Shown one piece after another: positions 38,171 to 51,295 of a stretch of DNA of 64,000 nt (position 1 is its first letter; each line of letters begins with the position of its first letter). The notes below the pieces were generated by a model. It had not been told where the DNA came from and did no database searches. It was given only the letters and a program-made list of their open reading frames with translations. This stretch comes from Hydrolagus affinis (taxonomy: Eukaryota). Both the position numbers and the translations under genes were made by a program. The stretch covers positions 1-64,000 of the forward strand of contig JAAILG010000021.1 of NCBI GenBank assembly GCA_012026655.1, written 5' to 3'.

Positions 38171-41100
38171 AAATCTCATTAAAACAGTAGCTTGTCTAAG
38201 GGATAAAAGACTGCAGGAGGCGACCGTAACCATCAATCTCCACTATTTCCTGCATTGTTCCAGAGCAATGATTCTTCAGCAAAATACATATATTATTCTG
38301 TTCAACACTTCTTTTTTGGTTTCAACATTGCACCCCAGAACTACAGAATTTAGGTCATTACATGACCTTATTTGCCTTATCAAGCTGCTTTTAAAGTTAC
38401 AGATTAAGCCATTAATGTTGTGTCCTTCTATTGACATTCTATGTCTCGCGAGAGGTAAATAATGGGTTTTCTATGTACAGCGATATGGCCAGTCAAATTG
38501 GAGACATTATTCCGGTGTTGTTAGACCTTGTTAGTCAATACAAAGCCATGGAAAACATCAGAACACTACCCACCCCCCCACTCTTCCAAACACTGCAAGT
38601 TAAAATCTACCATCACTAAACATTTCACAATCAACCTGCTATGTAAGTACAGGTACTAAAACAAATTGAAAGAACTCTTTTGAAACAATTTGTCTATTAA
38701 CAGCCAAATTTTCAGGTTGTGTTGAAATTGAATCAACATTGCACATGTATTTCCTTATACGAGTGTTTAATTTGATGTGAGCTGTGGCCTGTGGGTGAGT
38801 TCATTCTGGTACTCTGTGGCACAATATTCCATGAAAAGATATTCAGTATTGTTTTACCTCATCCTGCTGTTTTAACCATGATTTTTGGGGTATCAATTCC
38901 ATTTGTTGCAGTCAACTAATAAGCTTGTCCAAAACATCTGCACATAAAATACTGATGTACAATTGGTTAGCTGGAGCAGCAATTTGCAGAATGGAAAAAT
39001 TTGGCCACTGAGTGGCAGAAGGAGAAACACCAATTCCCTTGTGGTAACAGATGGCAATGTTACAAGATTCACTGGCCAGAGTAAGTAGTTTATCAAAAGA
39101 TATAAAGACACAATTAATTACTTATTTCAAAACAGGCAACATTACTGGCAACTGGTAAAAAAAATGGTGAACTCAGTGACTTCTAGCCCTCTTCTCAGGC
39201 AATTGCAATCCTCGTTTTTGATTAACTATAAGTAACAGCATTTTGGACTATTATTGAACCCTTAAAAAAAAACCATTACTGATATGTCAGTAGTCGAGAT
39301 ATTATTAACACTATCTTTAGCCATCAGGCTTTGTAGAAATGACATTTAAATAAAGGTGTGTGCAAAACTATGCAAGCAGGGTGTGACAGTCTAATCAATA
39401 GCCCATTAGCACAAAATGAGCAAACACCACCCAATTCACATGTTAACATAAGGAAACATAAGCAAACAACTTTTGGTTGTTTTCATTGCGGCAGCTGACT
39501 AATAAGTGTTGGTACAACTGTACTAGACTCCAAAAGGGCTCTTCTGATGGCCTAGAGAGTAAAGGTGAGTGAGTTAAATGTTGCCATAGGCCATTCAAAT
39601 TAGAAGGTCAAAGGTTCAAATCACAAAGCTACTTTGTCTCATCATAGGTCATTCCTTCAACGTTAGGGATCATACTCATTGCTATCATCCGCCGTGCTTA
39701 ACTGGATAAATAGTAATAGCAATTTTATTCATCAAAAGGATGAATTTACCACATTATTGATTTCTTTCCACTGAATCGCCTGAGGGTCAATATTTTGCCC
39801 AGTTTGTGTGCAATGAGACAAAGGCACGATACATTTGGTTAGTTTCTAATGATCAAGTTGCTGAGATGACAAGTGGACACCACCTACCTAAAATGTATAA
39901 ACATACTAAATACACTGTGCAAAGTTAGTAAAAGTACTTATTACATCTACACCCGTTGTGGTTATGTAGATAATACAGTACCATCCATTAAAAATGCCTG
40001 CAAATGTACTAAAAAATTACTCCTGTTCGATATATGAGAAGATGTATAATAATGGCCTGTGAGGCTTGTAATAAGTTGGGCATCAACACTTACATAATGT
40101 AACAATTAATAATTTTTTCCTGCAAGACTGAATTAAGGAAATATTGACATCTAGCGTCTGACACAATTAATTGTTCTGTTTCCCAGTGTAACTGAATATA
40201 CTTTTCAATATTTTTCATGCCAATAAATTGTAGCAGAATTCCTGCTTGTAGGATGCCATCTGGTGGCATGTGTTGACAATGTCACATAACTTGTTGTTTA
40301 GAATCATGGAAATGATCGCATTTGACAACAATAACAACTTGCATTTACATAGCCCTCAGATCGTGTACCCGAGTGCTTCGCAGTCTGTCAACGAGCCAGG
40401 GGGAGAAGCGGGGGGAGCTGACCATTGGCACGATCAAAAAGGAATGTATTTGGACGGGATTGAAGGTGGGAAGGGAGGGGGGCAAGGGCCAATCGGCCCT
40501 TTGAAAATATGCAGGTGCAGTGCAGGTGTCCAAAAGGAAGCAAGGTCATTTCAAGCTGATTATATCCTAAAGGGTGGATCTCAAATTAAATTGTGGCACT
40601 TTTGTAAGCGATTAGATGTAATGAGGTCTTAAATGACTTTATAGCCCTCAATTTTCTGAACTTTATTTCCTTGTTTATGCACGTACCTAGACAGCAGCAG
40701 GTATGTTCTGTGTTCCTGTTCTTTTACAAGGTTACACCCACTGCTTAATGTGATATTGCACCTCTGCGGTGGCACACCTATTGCTTACTCATCAATAGTC
40801 GATTCTCCCAGCTGTGAGAAATAAACTTGGATATATTATTAACTTAAGAACAGCCAAGTGTTGATCTGATGTGTTGGGCAGGTTACTGATTGATTGTGGT
40901 TTATGTGGAAACTAAAAGTGTACACACATGCACTTTTATGCCCAGCCATCTGCTCAAAAATGAGTACATCTGGGATTCTTCAGGGGTGTTCAGGGATTGT
41001 TGGTTTCTAAACACAGATCCTAATAGGAACCATAAATGTATTGTTTGCCAGAGCATTAGATATTCAATGTTAATGTGTAGTCTTTCTGATGTAAGCCTCT

Positions 41101-42537
41101 GTTTTGCTTAATAAATATATTATTTCAACAAAGCAGATTTAATTTATCAGCCATGCTTGAATGTTAAGTACAGATACAATCTTAATTTTATTGTATGATA
41201 AAAATTGTTGCATTTTGATAGAGGGCCTTATCATCTCAAAGTGCTTCACAGAATATATTGTAAATATATATTGTAGGATTGATTGTATACTTTGTGGGTG
41301 AATCACGGCAGCTAGGTGTAAAGGAGGTGTGAAGATATTTACAGCTTCAATTTGGTAATAGATTTTTGTGTGGTTAAATGTTTCACAGAATTAACTTAAT
41401 GCTCCCTTTGTATATTTATTTATTTAGGCCTGAGCTAGACCCCGAGTTAAATTCCAGAGTCAATGCTCAATGAGTGCCACCTGGTGCACGCAAATCAAAC
41501 TACAGTCACTATGTATACCATGAACAGTGGACAGAGTAATTCAATTTCAACATAAAGCACTCCTTCACTCCAATTTGAGATGAAGAAACATCTTCATCTT
41601 CAGAGTGTGATTTCTGTACACTCCCAGCAAATAGAAGGAACATTCAGAGTGGCATGTACAATAGTTTTGATGTTAGCGAGCTCTCAACACAGCGAATTGG
41701 GATTTCAATTATATCCACTCAATGATCTCTCTCAATGACAGGATTCCACTGATAAGATCAGAACCAGAGAGGACGACAGATAATAGACAATTTTGCAAAT
41801 CACCTGGAAAATGATCATGGGGACACTGAGGCACGTTTCCAATTTCAGTCTGAATGTTAACTTGGAAAGTTATCTTTGCATCATCTGTGTTCCAGTTGAA
41901 AGTTGCAAAAGATCAGGCTCTATCCTTTGCAGGGAAGCTCACGCCAAATGGTTACTGATACAACTGCAATGCTAATGCTGTCCTGCATCGCTCACCACCA
42001 ATTATTTCTATAAACCTTGCAGCAATTTAATGAGACAGCTGCTTCTTTGAACCTAATAGATCAGAACTGTCTCTGCCATCATTTCAGAATGAAAATCCAA
42101 TTGTTTGATTCAAATCCAAAAGAGAGATTTTCTGTTGTATAGTGACTAATTCATCCTCAAATGTTAATGAGCAACAACACTGAAAAACTGAAAATCTGTT
42201 GCTTCACTCAAACATTGTACTAATGGCTGTAAATTGGACACCCTTTGACATTACCTTTGTTAATGCCCATTTCAGCATTTCATAATCTATACATGTCTTA
42301 CTAGATCGCACTAAGCATACAGTAAGAAGTCTTGAATTCTTAACTTCTTCCTTATGTCTTCATTTTCTTGGTCTCCTTAATCCTATAAATCTATTTCTCC
42401 TGTCTAATTGCTCCAGTTTAGACAAAAAATCTGATCTAAACAGTGAAAATATCAGTTTTTTTTCCTGCTGTATATTTTCTCTCTGTTTTCTCTCACCTGA
42501 GTCGGAAGGGGTGAAAAATCTAATTTCCAGCATCATT

Positions 42538-42853
42538 GTGGAATCCTGCAACTCCATGGTAAGAGCACTTGTCTTACAAGTGAGAGACCTGGGTTCAATT
42601 CCCAGCAGGGCGAAACCTTGGGCAAGTTTCCTTACTCCACATGCCTGATAATAATCCCTCAAGAAAAACAACAATAAATTGGTCATTTCAAACCACGACT
42701 GTTTGTAGGACACTGCTGTGCTCGATTGGCTGCCGCGTTTCATCTACAAATATACAGTCAATTCACTTTACAGTATATTCTGTGAAGTGCTTTGAGACAT
42801 CCAGAAGATGTGAATAGTGCTATATCAAATGCAAGGATTATTATCCTTATTAT
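42538..42853 (+). mobile_element. Full-length family A SINE
   Basis: gtggaatcctgcaactccatggtaagagcac...gggttcaattcc...ccttactccaca...tatatcaaatgcaaggattattat. Confidence 0.92.
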
Positions 42854-43175
42854 GCCGCACCAAGCTCCGCGACCACATCACTCCCACCCTCGCCCGGCTC
42901 CATTGGCTCCCCATTGCCCAGAGGATCGAATTCAAGATCCTTGTCCTCACTTTCAAGGTAATCCGCGGCCTTGCCCCCTCCTATCTCTCTGACTTGCTGA
43001 CTCCCTATGACCCTGCCCGGGAATGTCCCCTCTGTTCAGAGGGCTCCTGTCTACTCCTTGTCCCCTCTCAACCGCCCTACCATCAGTGGAATGGGCCTTC
43101 AACCTCTTTGCCCCCACACCCCACACTCTGGAACTCCATCCTTATTGCCTTCACCTCGCTTCCTCCCTTGCCTCC
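42853..43175 (+). mobile_element. L2 ORF2 C-terminal fragment
   Basis: RTKLRDHITPTLARLHWLPIAQRIEFKILVLTFKVIRGLAPSYLSDLLTPY, part of ORF 42817-43182. Confidence 0.9.
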
Positions 43176-43254
43176 GTATTAGCCAAAGTCATTGAACAGC
43201 TGATGTCTTCCACTGAAAGGCTCTCTTCAGCAAATCTGAGATTTATAATTGAAG

Positions 43255-43455
43255 TTCATAAGATCACAAGGTTGGTTTGGATGAAGAAGCACCTTCTGTC
43301 CATCTGATCTAATTCCTCCAGAATATCGAATTCACACCACAGTATCAAGCTGCTTTTTAAATGAATCGGTGTCCTGGCAACAAACACCCTTCCTGTCAAC
43401 CTGTTCTATTTATTAAATATTCTCTGAATAAAGAAATATTTCCTGAATTTCTTTT
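43255..43455 (-). mobile_element. CR1 3' end fragment
   Basis: cataagatcacaagg...aagctgctttttaaatgaatc...cccttcctgtcaacctgttct...aaagaaatatttcctg is a typical reverse CR1 3' end. Confidence 0.55.
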
Positions 43456-43789
43456 AAGAAAATCAAAAATCAAGAGCCCATCGCTTATCAGATCTTTCGG
43501 AGTAAACCAATAACTGAGGTTTATTCTCCTGCATTATAGAAAGTGCCATCACGCCTTTTACTGAGAAATGTTAAAACAGGCCAAACCTAATTGATTCTGA
43601 GCTTCCAAAAGTAAAACTAAAAACTAATGCATGCATCAATTCATTTCTAGGCTTATCCACAAGCCAGTTTGGTGGTGCTTTTAATCTTCACACTGTTAAA
43701 TTCGAATATGTATACTCTGTGCCAGAAGAAATCCAGGCAAAAAGAGCTGCTGACCTATGTGTGTGTTGATTAACATGTCACACAGGAGA

Positions 43790-44060
43790 CATAGAAACAC
43801 TGGAGGCCATTCAGTCTATCAATCCTGTTCCATTCATTTATTCGATTTGGGCAGATTTTTATTTAATCCTAATGTTCGCCCTTTCACCATACTCCTTAAT
43901 ACTTCTATGAGCCACACGTATGTCTATTTATTATTAATTAAAAAAAATCCCCATCAATTCTGTCTCTACATACAACCAACTGCTATTTTTCCATCCAAAT
44001 TATACTACCCTACATTTTGCAACATGAAACTCCATCTGTCATAGTTCTGCCCACTTGCGA
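43790..44060 (-). mobile_element. CR1 fragments
   Basis: Reverse complement of about 44000-44056 gives WAEL*QMEFHVAKCRVV. A ggaggccattcag tail motif sits at about 43802. Confidence 0.55.
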
Positions 44061-44188
44061 TCAGTGAGAAAATGTTAAGATTTCTTATTAATTGTTGGGC
44101 AATTGTGTGCCGTCGTTAAATTATACAGAGAGCACATTATTGAATAGTTTTGTCCCATTCTCGTAATAGCCAGAAACCTTGTCCTTAC

Positions 44189-44276
44189 TGTGAAATGCTC
44201 CTGTGATTTGTAGTTTTCATCCAAGTATACCCGGGCTCGATTATACTCTTTCATTTCATCACTCGATAGCAGTTCT
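44189..44276 (-). CDS. INPP5A: INPP5A coding exon 4 (88 nt), (K)ELLSSDEMKEYNRARVYLDENYKSQEHFT
   Basis: Minus strand reads tttattccag|AGAACTGCTA...CATTTCACA|gtaagg. Phase is compatible with exons 3 and 5. Confidence 0.97.
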
Positions 44277-45586
44277 CTGGAATAAACGGAACATTTTTTT
44301 GAAGATTGAAACAGGTAGCAGGTAATCTCTTTTTCAGAATAACATCGTAATAACTTTTTCGTTTTCAGAAATTAAAAGATAGATGAAACTCAGTAGGTCA
44401 AGAAGCTATACTTTCCCAGCCTAAGCTGATGCTGAATATCTCTGCTTCTTCGAAGACTGTAGGGTCAATTAAACTCTCAGACTTTAGCCCGCATAAATGC
44501 AAGTTGATGTAAAGCTAGCTTTTATGGAGGCTTCAGTCCCAGTTTTGAATTACAAAGAGGAATTCAAACACTGGGACATGCACCGGGATTTATAAAGCTC
44601 TTAAAAAGTTATGGATTGAGTGACCAGAAATCAGTCACAATCTAGTTCACCTCCAGTTTAACCAGAAAGAAATACGAGATTACCCCCCAAAAGGATACAA
44701 ATCATCAATAGTCTTAGGAATTTCACCAATTTGACTTTCTGCAGCGAAACACAGGGCTAAATGCCGAATTTGAGGACATTCAGCTCTGCCTTTCAATTCT
44801 CACACGCCAGAAAATATAATGAGGGCAGCGCTATTAAGCGAGTGTTTTTAATCAGAAACAGCATCTCATTAAAAGTGACAGCAATCAAGAGAGAAGAATC
44901 CAAGTACTGTATCTGGCTGGAAACATTGACATAGGTGACAAGAGCTTCCCTGTACACTTGGAAACAATTACACTTCTGTGCCAGTAAGGGGAACCACTTC
45001 CATGTAAAAGCAGATCAGTAAGATGAGCCAGGAACATTGAACAACAGTAGGGGGCATCCTATCCTTACACGGTTTATAATCTACACTCGAGAGGCAGGGC
45101 GTGCAAACAGTTTATGTCTTGGTCTATCAATACTTGGGGATTGCCAGATGTATTAAAGTGGCAATACTTGAAAGTAGATCTTTCTCAATAAGATCTTCGG
45201 ATTGTGAATCGGTTAGAGGTGTATTGCTTTGAACAGCTAAGAAATTTATATCTTCAGAAAATTTGATCAGTGTCCTCGTATATCAGCAGATACAATATTC
45301 CAGCTGCAAAGGGTCAGTCAGAATATATGTCAACCAGTGTTGTTATCTGTGCCACATCTTGCTCTTACTACCCTCTAATGCTGTATCTATGTGGGACTTT
45401 TTGACAAATTGCCACTGAAGGTGTAATATAAATTGGATTTGTGGAGTGCAATTCATGCTGGAACTCTGGTGCTTTAAACCTTTAAAGGCTATATGAACCT
45501 CCTCTTAACTTCCACACAGCCAAGGAACAGAAACCCAATAAAAACTACAATTTCTTTCAGAGCCCATTGAAATAGTCGGTACTTAC

Positions 45587-45687
45587 TTGACAAAATTGTC
45601 AACGTGAGTCATTGATGCTTCGTAGTTTTTGCCTCCAACCTCTTGACAATGCAATGCAATAAAGTGAGGTTTGTGTGTGTGAACAGC
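45587..45687 (-). CDS. INPP5A: INPP5A coding exon 3 (101 nt), AVHTHKPHFIALHCQEVGGKNYEASMTHVDNFV(K)
   Basis: Minus strand reads ctctgcag|GCTGTTCAC...TTTGTCAA|gtaagt. It contains the CQE motif typical of the 5-phosphatase family. Confidence 0.97.
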
Positions 45688-45871
45688 CTGCAGAGAAGGA
45701 GGGATACATTGTTAAGAGTACAGCAAAGACAAGCGTGAACATTCTAAGTATTGTACAAAAGAACCACAGCAGTTTTGTACAACAGTTAATGTATGTTGTA
45801 TTTGAAATCAAAACTGAAATATGGTTTAAATAGACCATCAATTACAATTTGTCACAATGTGTACAAGTGCG

Positions 45872-45985
45872 AGTTTTGCCCACAAAATACAGTCAATCCA
45901 CTTTACAATCTATTGTGTGAAGTTCTTTGAAACGTCTCAATGACGTGATAAGGTGCTATATTAAATGCCAGAATTATTATTTTTA
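45872..45985 (+). mobile_element. Family A SINE, 3' part
   Basis: ttttgcccacaaaatacagtcaat...gtgaagttctttgaaacgtc...gtgctatattaaatgccagaattattat. Confidence 0.75.
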
Positions 45986-48900
45986 GTATTAAATAAACTC
46001 ACATGACACTACATCAGAATACAATTATTCATTCTTATGTCGGTAGCACTTCCAAACTAAACTGATTTTGTCATTATAACACAAGAGGACTACTCGTAAA
46101 GAAAATAGTAAGCTGTGTTTCAAACTTATTCATTTAAAACTTCTTGAGCAAAACACCTCCTTCCGCTCTTCTAAGTGTACATATGTGGGTGATTCATTTT
46201 TCTGAATCACATAATATAGCCTAGTGTGAGCTATTTCAGACAATAAATAATTCAGTCCATTAAAGGCCGAAGGTTGCTGAGGTTTTAGGGATCTAAGTTA
46301 CAAGGAGAGTAAAAATTGCTGTGAATAGATCAGCATTCAGACATCCACAAATGTTTTGCTTGTTTCTTTGTCTATACAGAGCATTGTCTCCAAGAGAAGG
46401 TTTGATTTTTTTTGTGTTCCACACAGAATTCTATATGTTCTTAATCCAATTTGACACACTTCTGTAAAATTAGTCAAAACAGGCTGCAGTGCATAGAGGC
46501 ATAATCCAGCCATTCACCGTAAAGCTAATATGATTTTTCCAGCCTCGCATAACAATCTGCTTTGATGCATTATGCATTACGAAGATTAGATGTTTGGGTA
46601 TTTTGTGAGAAATGTTCCAAGATCACAGTACAGTGCTTCTTATCACCCACAATCTGCAATAAAGAAAATGCAAAGACTCAGCTGGAGAATTGAGAATAGG
46701 TCTGCAATAACGCTGGAAATCTTATGAGAAATTAATTGAATTATATACAGTCTGAAGAATAAAAAAAAGGTTGTTCTCAAATCAGCTTTATTGCCTTTTG
46801 GGCCTATAAGAAAAGCTCATGAGATGAAGCGTACTGAAGGAATTAAAGGCTTAAGAGAATTAGCTAAAATGGCAAAGTGAAGGTACCAGTGATGGTTGTG
46901 ATAATAATGAAGTCACAAGATGTGTTCAATGAGTTCTTCATATCCTAATGTAATCATTACATTATTCACAAAGGATATTCAATGGGCCACCATTTTATTA
47001 CATCAAAAAGGAATGTAAATTATGAGTGCAGAGTTACTGAGTTGTGCAGGGTTTTCCCATGAGCAAAAGAAGACAGGTATTCATTGAGTTTTACACCTAT
47101 ATAATAAATACATATTTCTGATTATCGCTACTGTGAACTATTAGAAGTACTGTATAAACATTATATGATACTCTAGTCATGTGAGGCAGCTTACAACTTC
47201 CTTCAGAGAAGGTTAACAGGTTTGTTGAAAATTGAACCTCACTATTGTACAAATGCTGGTAGAATTAATCAAAAGATTTGAATACATTCTTAAGGAACAA
47301 CTAGAACATTAAAACTGTTCAAAACAAGTCGTGCATTTCTCTTTGAAACTCAGGAGGCCCCAAATTCCACCTAATCTTATTCTGTAAAACTATTTTGTCT
47401 TAAAATTTAAAACTGTGGCAACTGTTGAAAATTCATAAAAATCCATCTTTTTTTTAAGAGCTGCTGAAAACAAGCTTGTAAATTAAGCCTTTGAATTTTG
47501 TGAATGTACAATCTGAAGTTTTAAGAATAAATATGGTTGAAAATAGCTGTTTTGCTTCTGTCCCCTTCTTTGCCGATGGCAGCACTGAAACATAAACCTT
47601 GCTTAACCTCCAATACATGTGAGAATCTGGATTTGAAGCGTTTGACCAATCTCAAGAGTAAATTGCTCAACAAACAAAACTGTGACCTGCAAGTTCTCAT
47701 GCATAGAGTTCCTATGGAGGCGGTGGGGAAAATTGATATACCACACATGTGCAGCAGAGGGTTTGCTTCTGGTGTTAGCACCAAAGGATACTTTGTTGGG
47801 GCAGAAGGAGCATTCAACTGAATATACAGATCCATCAAATTACACTTATGATGGCATAATCATTCATTTTAGTCTGAGAAAGTAGCCAATGTTAATAAAT
47901 ATTCGGTAACAAAAGCACAGCTCTGATAGGTACGAATGAGTTTGTGGCTGGGCTACTCTTGCCGATTCATCAACATTGCTAACATTTCCCTTCAAAAGAG
48001 CAATGCGAATCTTAACTTGTGCTGTATTTGATCGGACAGTACTAATGGTACAATAGAGTTCACAACTGACCTTCACCTTCCCAGGCTACAAATAAAATAA
48101 AATGTTTTTTTTTAAAATGGTAGACTTTAACAAGAAAAATCTGATAATATCAGGCCAAATCAAACAGGAATCTGAGGTGGTACATTTTTATCCTTCCAGT
48201 ACGTCATGGTGGGTGGAAATGAAACAGAACTCTTCATACTTATTTGCGGTATGTAGAAATTTGAATGTTAACACAGTGTGAAGTTATCCAGTCTTGATTG
48301 CAACACAAACACTTTCATAAAGAAATAAGGCAGTACTTCAAATCGGGCAGAACCCTCTCAAATAGAAAAAGTAAGGCACACAAGCAGAGTACATGCGAAC
48401 TAAACAATTACTGTTTTCAAATTTACAACCTTCACCTGTTGGAAAGCAAAGCCCCTGAACAAAGGCCAGGGCTCCTGTCATTTTAAATCTGTGCCGATTC
48501 AAGGCCCTGGCTTTCTGGCAATTCTGTTCAGCCACTCTCAATGAAAATAAGCCAATCTGTATATACTTTGTACTGGGCTCAGCTCAGTAGCGCAGCCTGT
48601 TCTGCATTAAACTGAAAACTAAAAAAAGCAACAACAATCAAGAAGCACTAACTTGATGTAACAAGAGGATGGGAGGTTGGGTATTCTGGATGGATCACAT
48701 GAAATCACTGAATGGCCTCCATCTGAACCTCTTCCGACATTCTGATTTAGCTAAATTATTTCATAGCTAAATCCATTCACACCATACAGCAATGTAATTT
48801 GTCGTTGGCTTCAGCTATGTATAGCCACTGAGGTGAAAATAAATACAAACCATGCCTTTTTTCCACAATTGTCAGGCAAGTGTCAGAATATATACTCAGA

Positions 48901-51295
48901 AACCCATCAGCATGCTGCAGTTTTCAAACCAAACTACAGTACTGAGAGCTTTATGTATGTATGGTTTCAGCATGTCTAATATGGAACGTATTCTCTCTCT
49001 GGAGAACACATACTGCTTACTTATTTACAGAGATTTGAGGAGAAGGTTGACAGGAGCGAAGGCTTGCAGACACCAGTGTATGAATTGGGATACTGCACAA
49101 GATTAATAAACACTGCCAAGTTTCTTCTTCAGGTGAGGATCAGCCCACCTACTCTTGCTTCTTTTCTCGGCATCCCCCCCATTCCCAGGTCGTGCTCCCG
49201 GTCAGTTTTGTGAAGCGCTTTGAGACGTCCTCTCGACATGTAGGTTGCCTGAGAGTGGCCTGACACTGTTAGAATCGCAGGTTTCCTCAAAAAGTAACAC
49301 AAGACTGGACACAATATGGATATCACAATTACAGGGAGATGCAACAAAAACCTAATGTTAGCTACACCCAGTTGTTGAAAGATTTGGCTTCAATAGTTTT
49401 GAACAAAATAAAAATAAACATCCGAACACAAATAAAAGTAATTGATTTTGCCACTGTAAGCATTTGCACAGTTCAGGGCAATTCTGAGAGGGGGAACTTT
49501 GAGATAGAAAAAGCAAAAACGCAAAAAATTAATTCAATAATGAAAGTCGTGACAGATATTATTCTGTAGATCATCTTAGATTTCCCTGAGATTTGATCAA
49601 AGATAACAGTTAGATGGGAAATTAAACAATTTAGTACTTTTCTGACTGGTGAGAATATCCCCCATTCAATAACTGCTCAATTTTCAAAGAAAATCCCCAA
49701 AAATCACATACCTCTTCCCACCCCCAAAAAACTCACTGAATCCTGCAATCCTTAGTTTTATTAAGAGACAGTAGAACGTATTGAATATTTGTACTTAGGA
49801 AGCACATCCACTTTGAACGCAATGAATATTTCAGTGTGGTCTATTTAACAAGTCTGTCATGAGAAATAATTCGTTAGAGAACTGAAATGCAGAAAAACAT
49901 GCTTGGTTTGTAATTAATGAATGTTGGCAGATGAAATGCGTTTACTTTGCTGCTACATTTCAGAACATTTCAGATCACACATCGACAGACATGTCATTTC
50001 AAACAAGCGTTTGCTCGATTGAAAACGCACCACAAACAATAGTCAACATTTCCATTGGAACGTTCGTCATTCTTTTACATTATTCAAACCCTCATTAGGT
50101 CACGGATTTCCATAACCTACCTTGGTTATAATTCAAGCACGAACAATATCAAAACTCACAGAATTATCCCAGCGTGAACAAGGATATATTGATTATGTCT
50201 GCACTGAATACTGCATGAGAATGAAGAGAACTGCTTGTAGAAGGAGAAAATTGATGGGTGAAAATTTCTCCATTCCATAATATGAATAACAAGCAGTTTT
50301 TGTTGTATTTTGTGTTGTCAATCTGAATCAGGCGAGTATAAAAACTGAAGCATTTACCACAAGGCACAGTTCTATAAAGTTAAAGACAGTAGGATGAAAG
50401 ATTGCTCACATCCGCTATCACCTTTAGTTATTGACTGATTAAAGCATGCGATAATATCATATCACATCTCACATTTTTCACCCGACAGTTTTCAATTTGA
50501 AAATGTATTTAAAGTACTGTATACAGCTTTAAGCAGAGAAAGCCTGCTAATACAGTACTACATTGCAGTCTACATAAATATTTTTGATGTTAAACCCAAA
50601 TGATTAACAGGGAATAAATAAAACAAGCTTGAGCTCCCTCAAATAGAATCTCAGAACACGGCTACATTCTTGTGCATTACAGTTGCTCAGTTTCAGCTTG
50701 ACCTGCATATGGATTAGTTTGCAGTGGGGCTTTTACTGAATACATGAAAGGTAAGAGTGAGGGATAAGGCTGTCATTTAGAGAGTGAAAGATTTAAATTT
50801 GCAGGACTCAAGGCTTTGCACTCAATATTCCAACACAAGTCCCTGCAAGAAAGTCACCCTCAATACCAGTTTCATAAACACGTTCCAGCCCAGGAAATTG
50901 TGTGTGGATACTTGCAAGTGTCCTCTCAGGGTTCCCTACATCTTTTTCAGGACAATATTCAGTAGTGAGCCAAAGAGAGCGCAAAGGTATATACACCAAC
51001 GTCTACTCCATCAAGAAATTATGCAGTGTAGGAGGAAATACAAACAGAAATAATTTTTAAAAAGCATCCCCAAATAAGGCTAGCAGACACTATATGACCA
51101 ACAACACTAGGAGTAAACACTTCAAGACAAAATGGCCAGTTCCAGTATTGTGACCTACTGGGTGGAAACAAACCTATGGAACTTGGATAAAAAAATTTAT
51201 GCCATTCATTGCAAGAACATACTCATATATTAGAGGCCACTTGATAACCGATTCAAATAGTATCAAATTAACAAACTAAAACAAAATGGATATGC

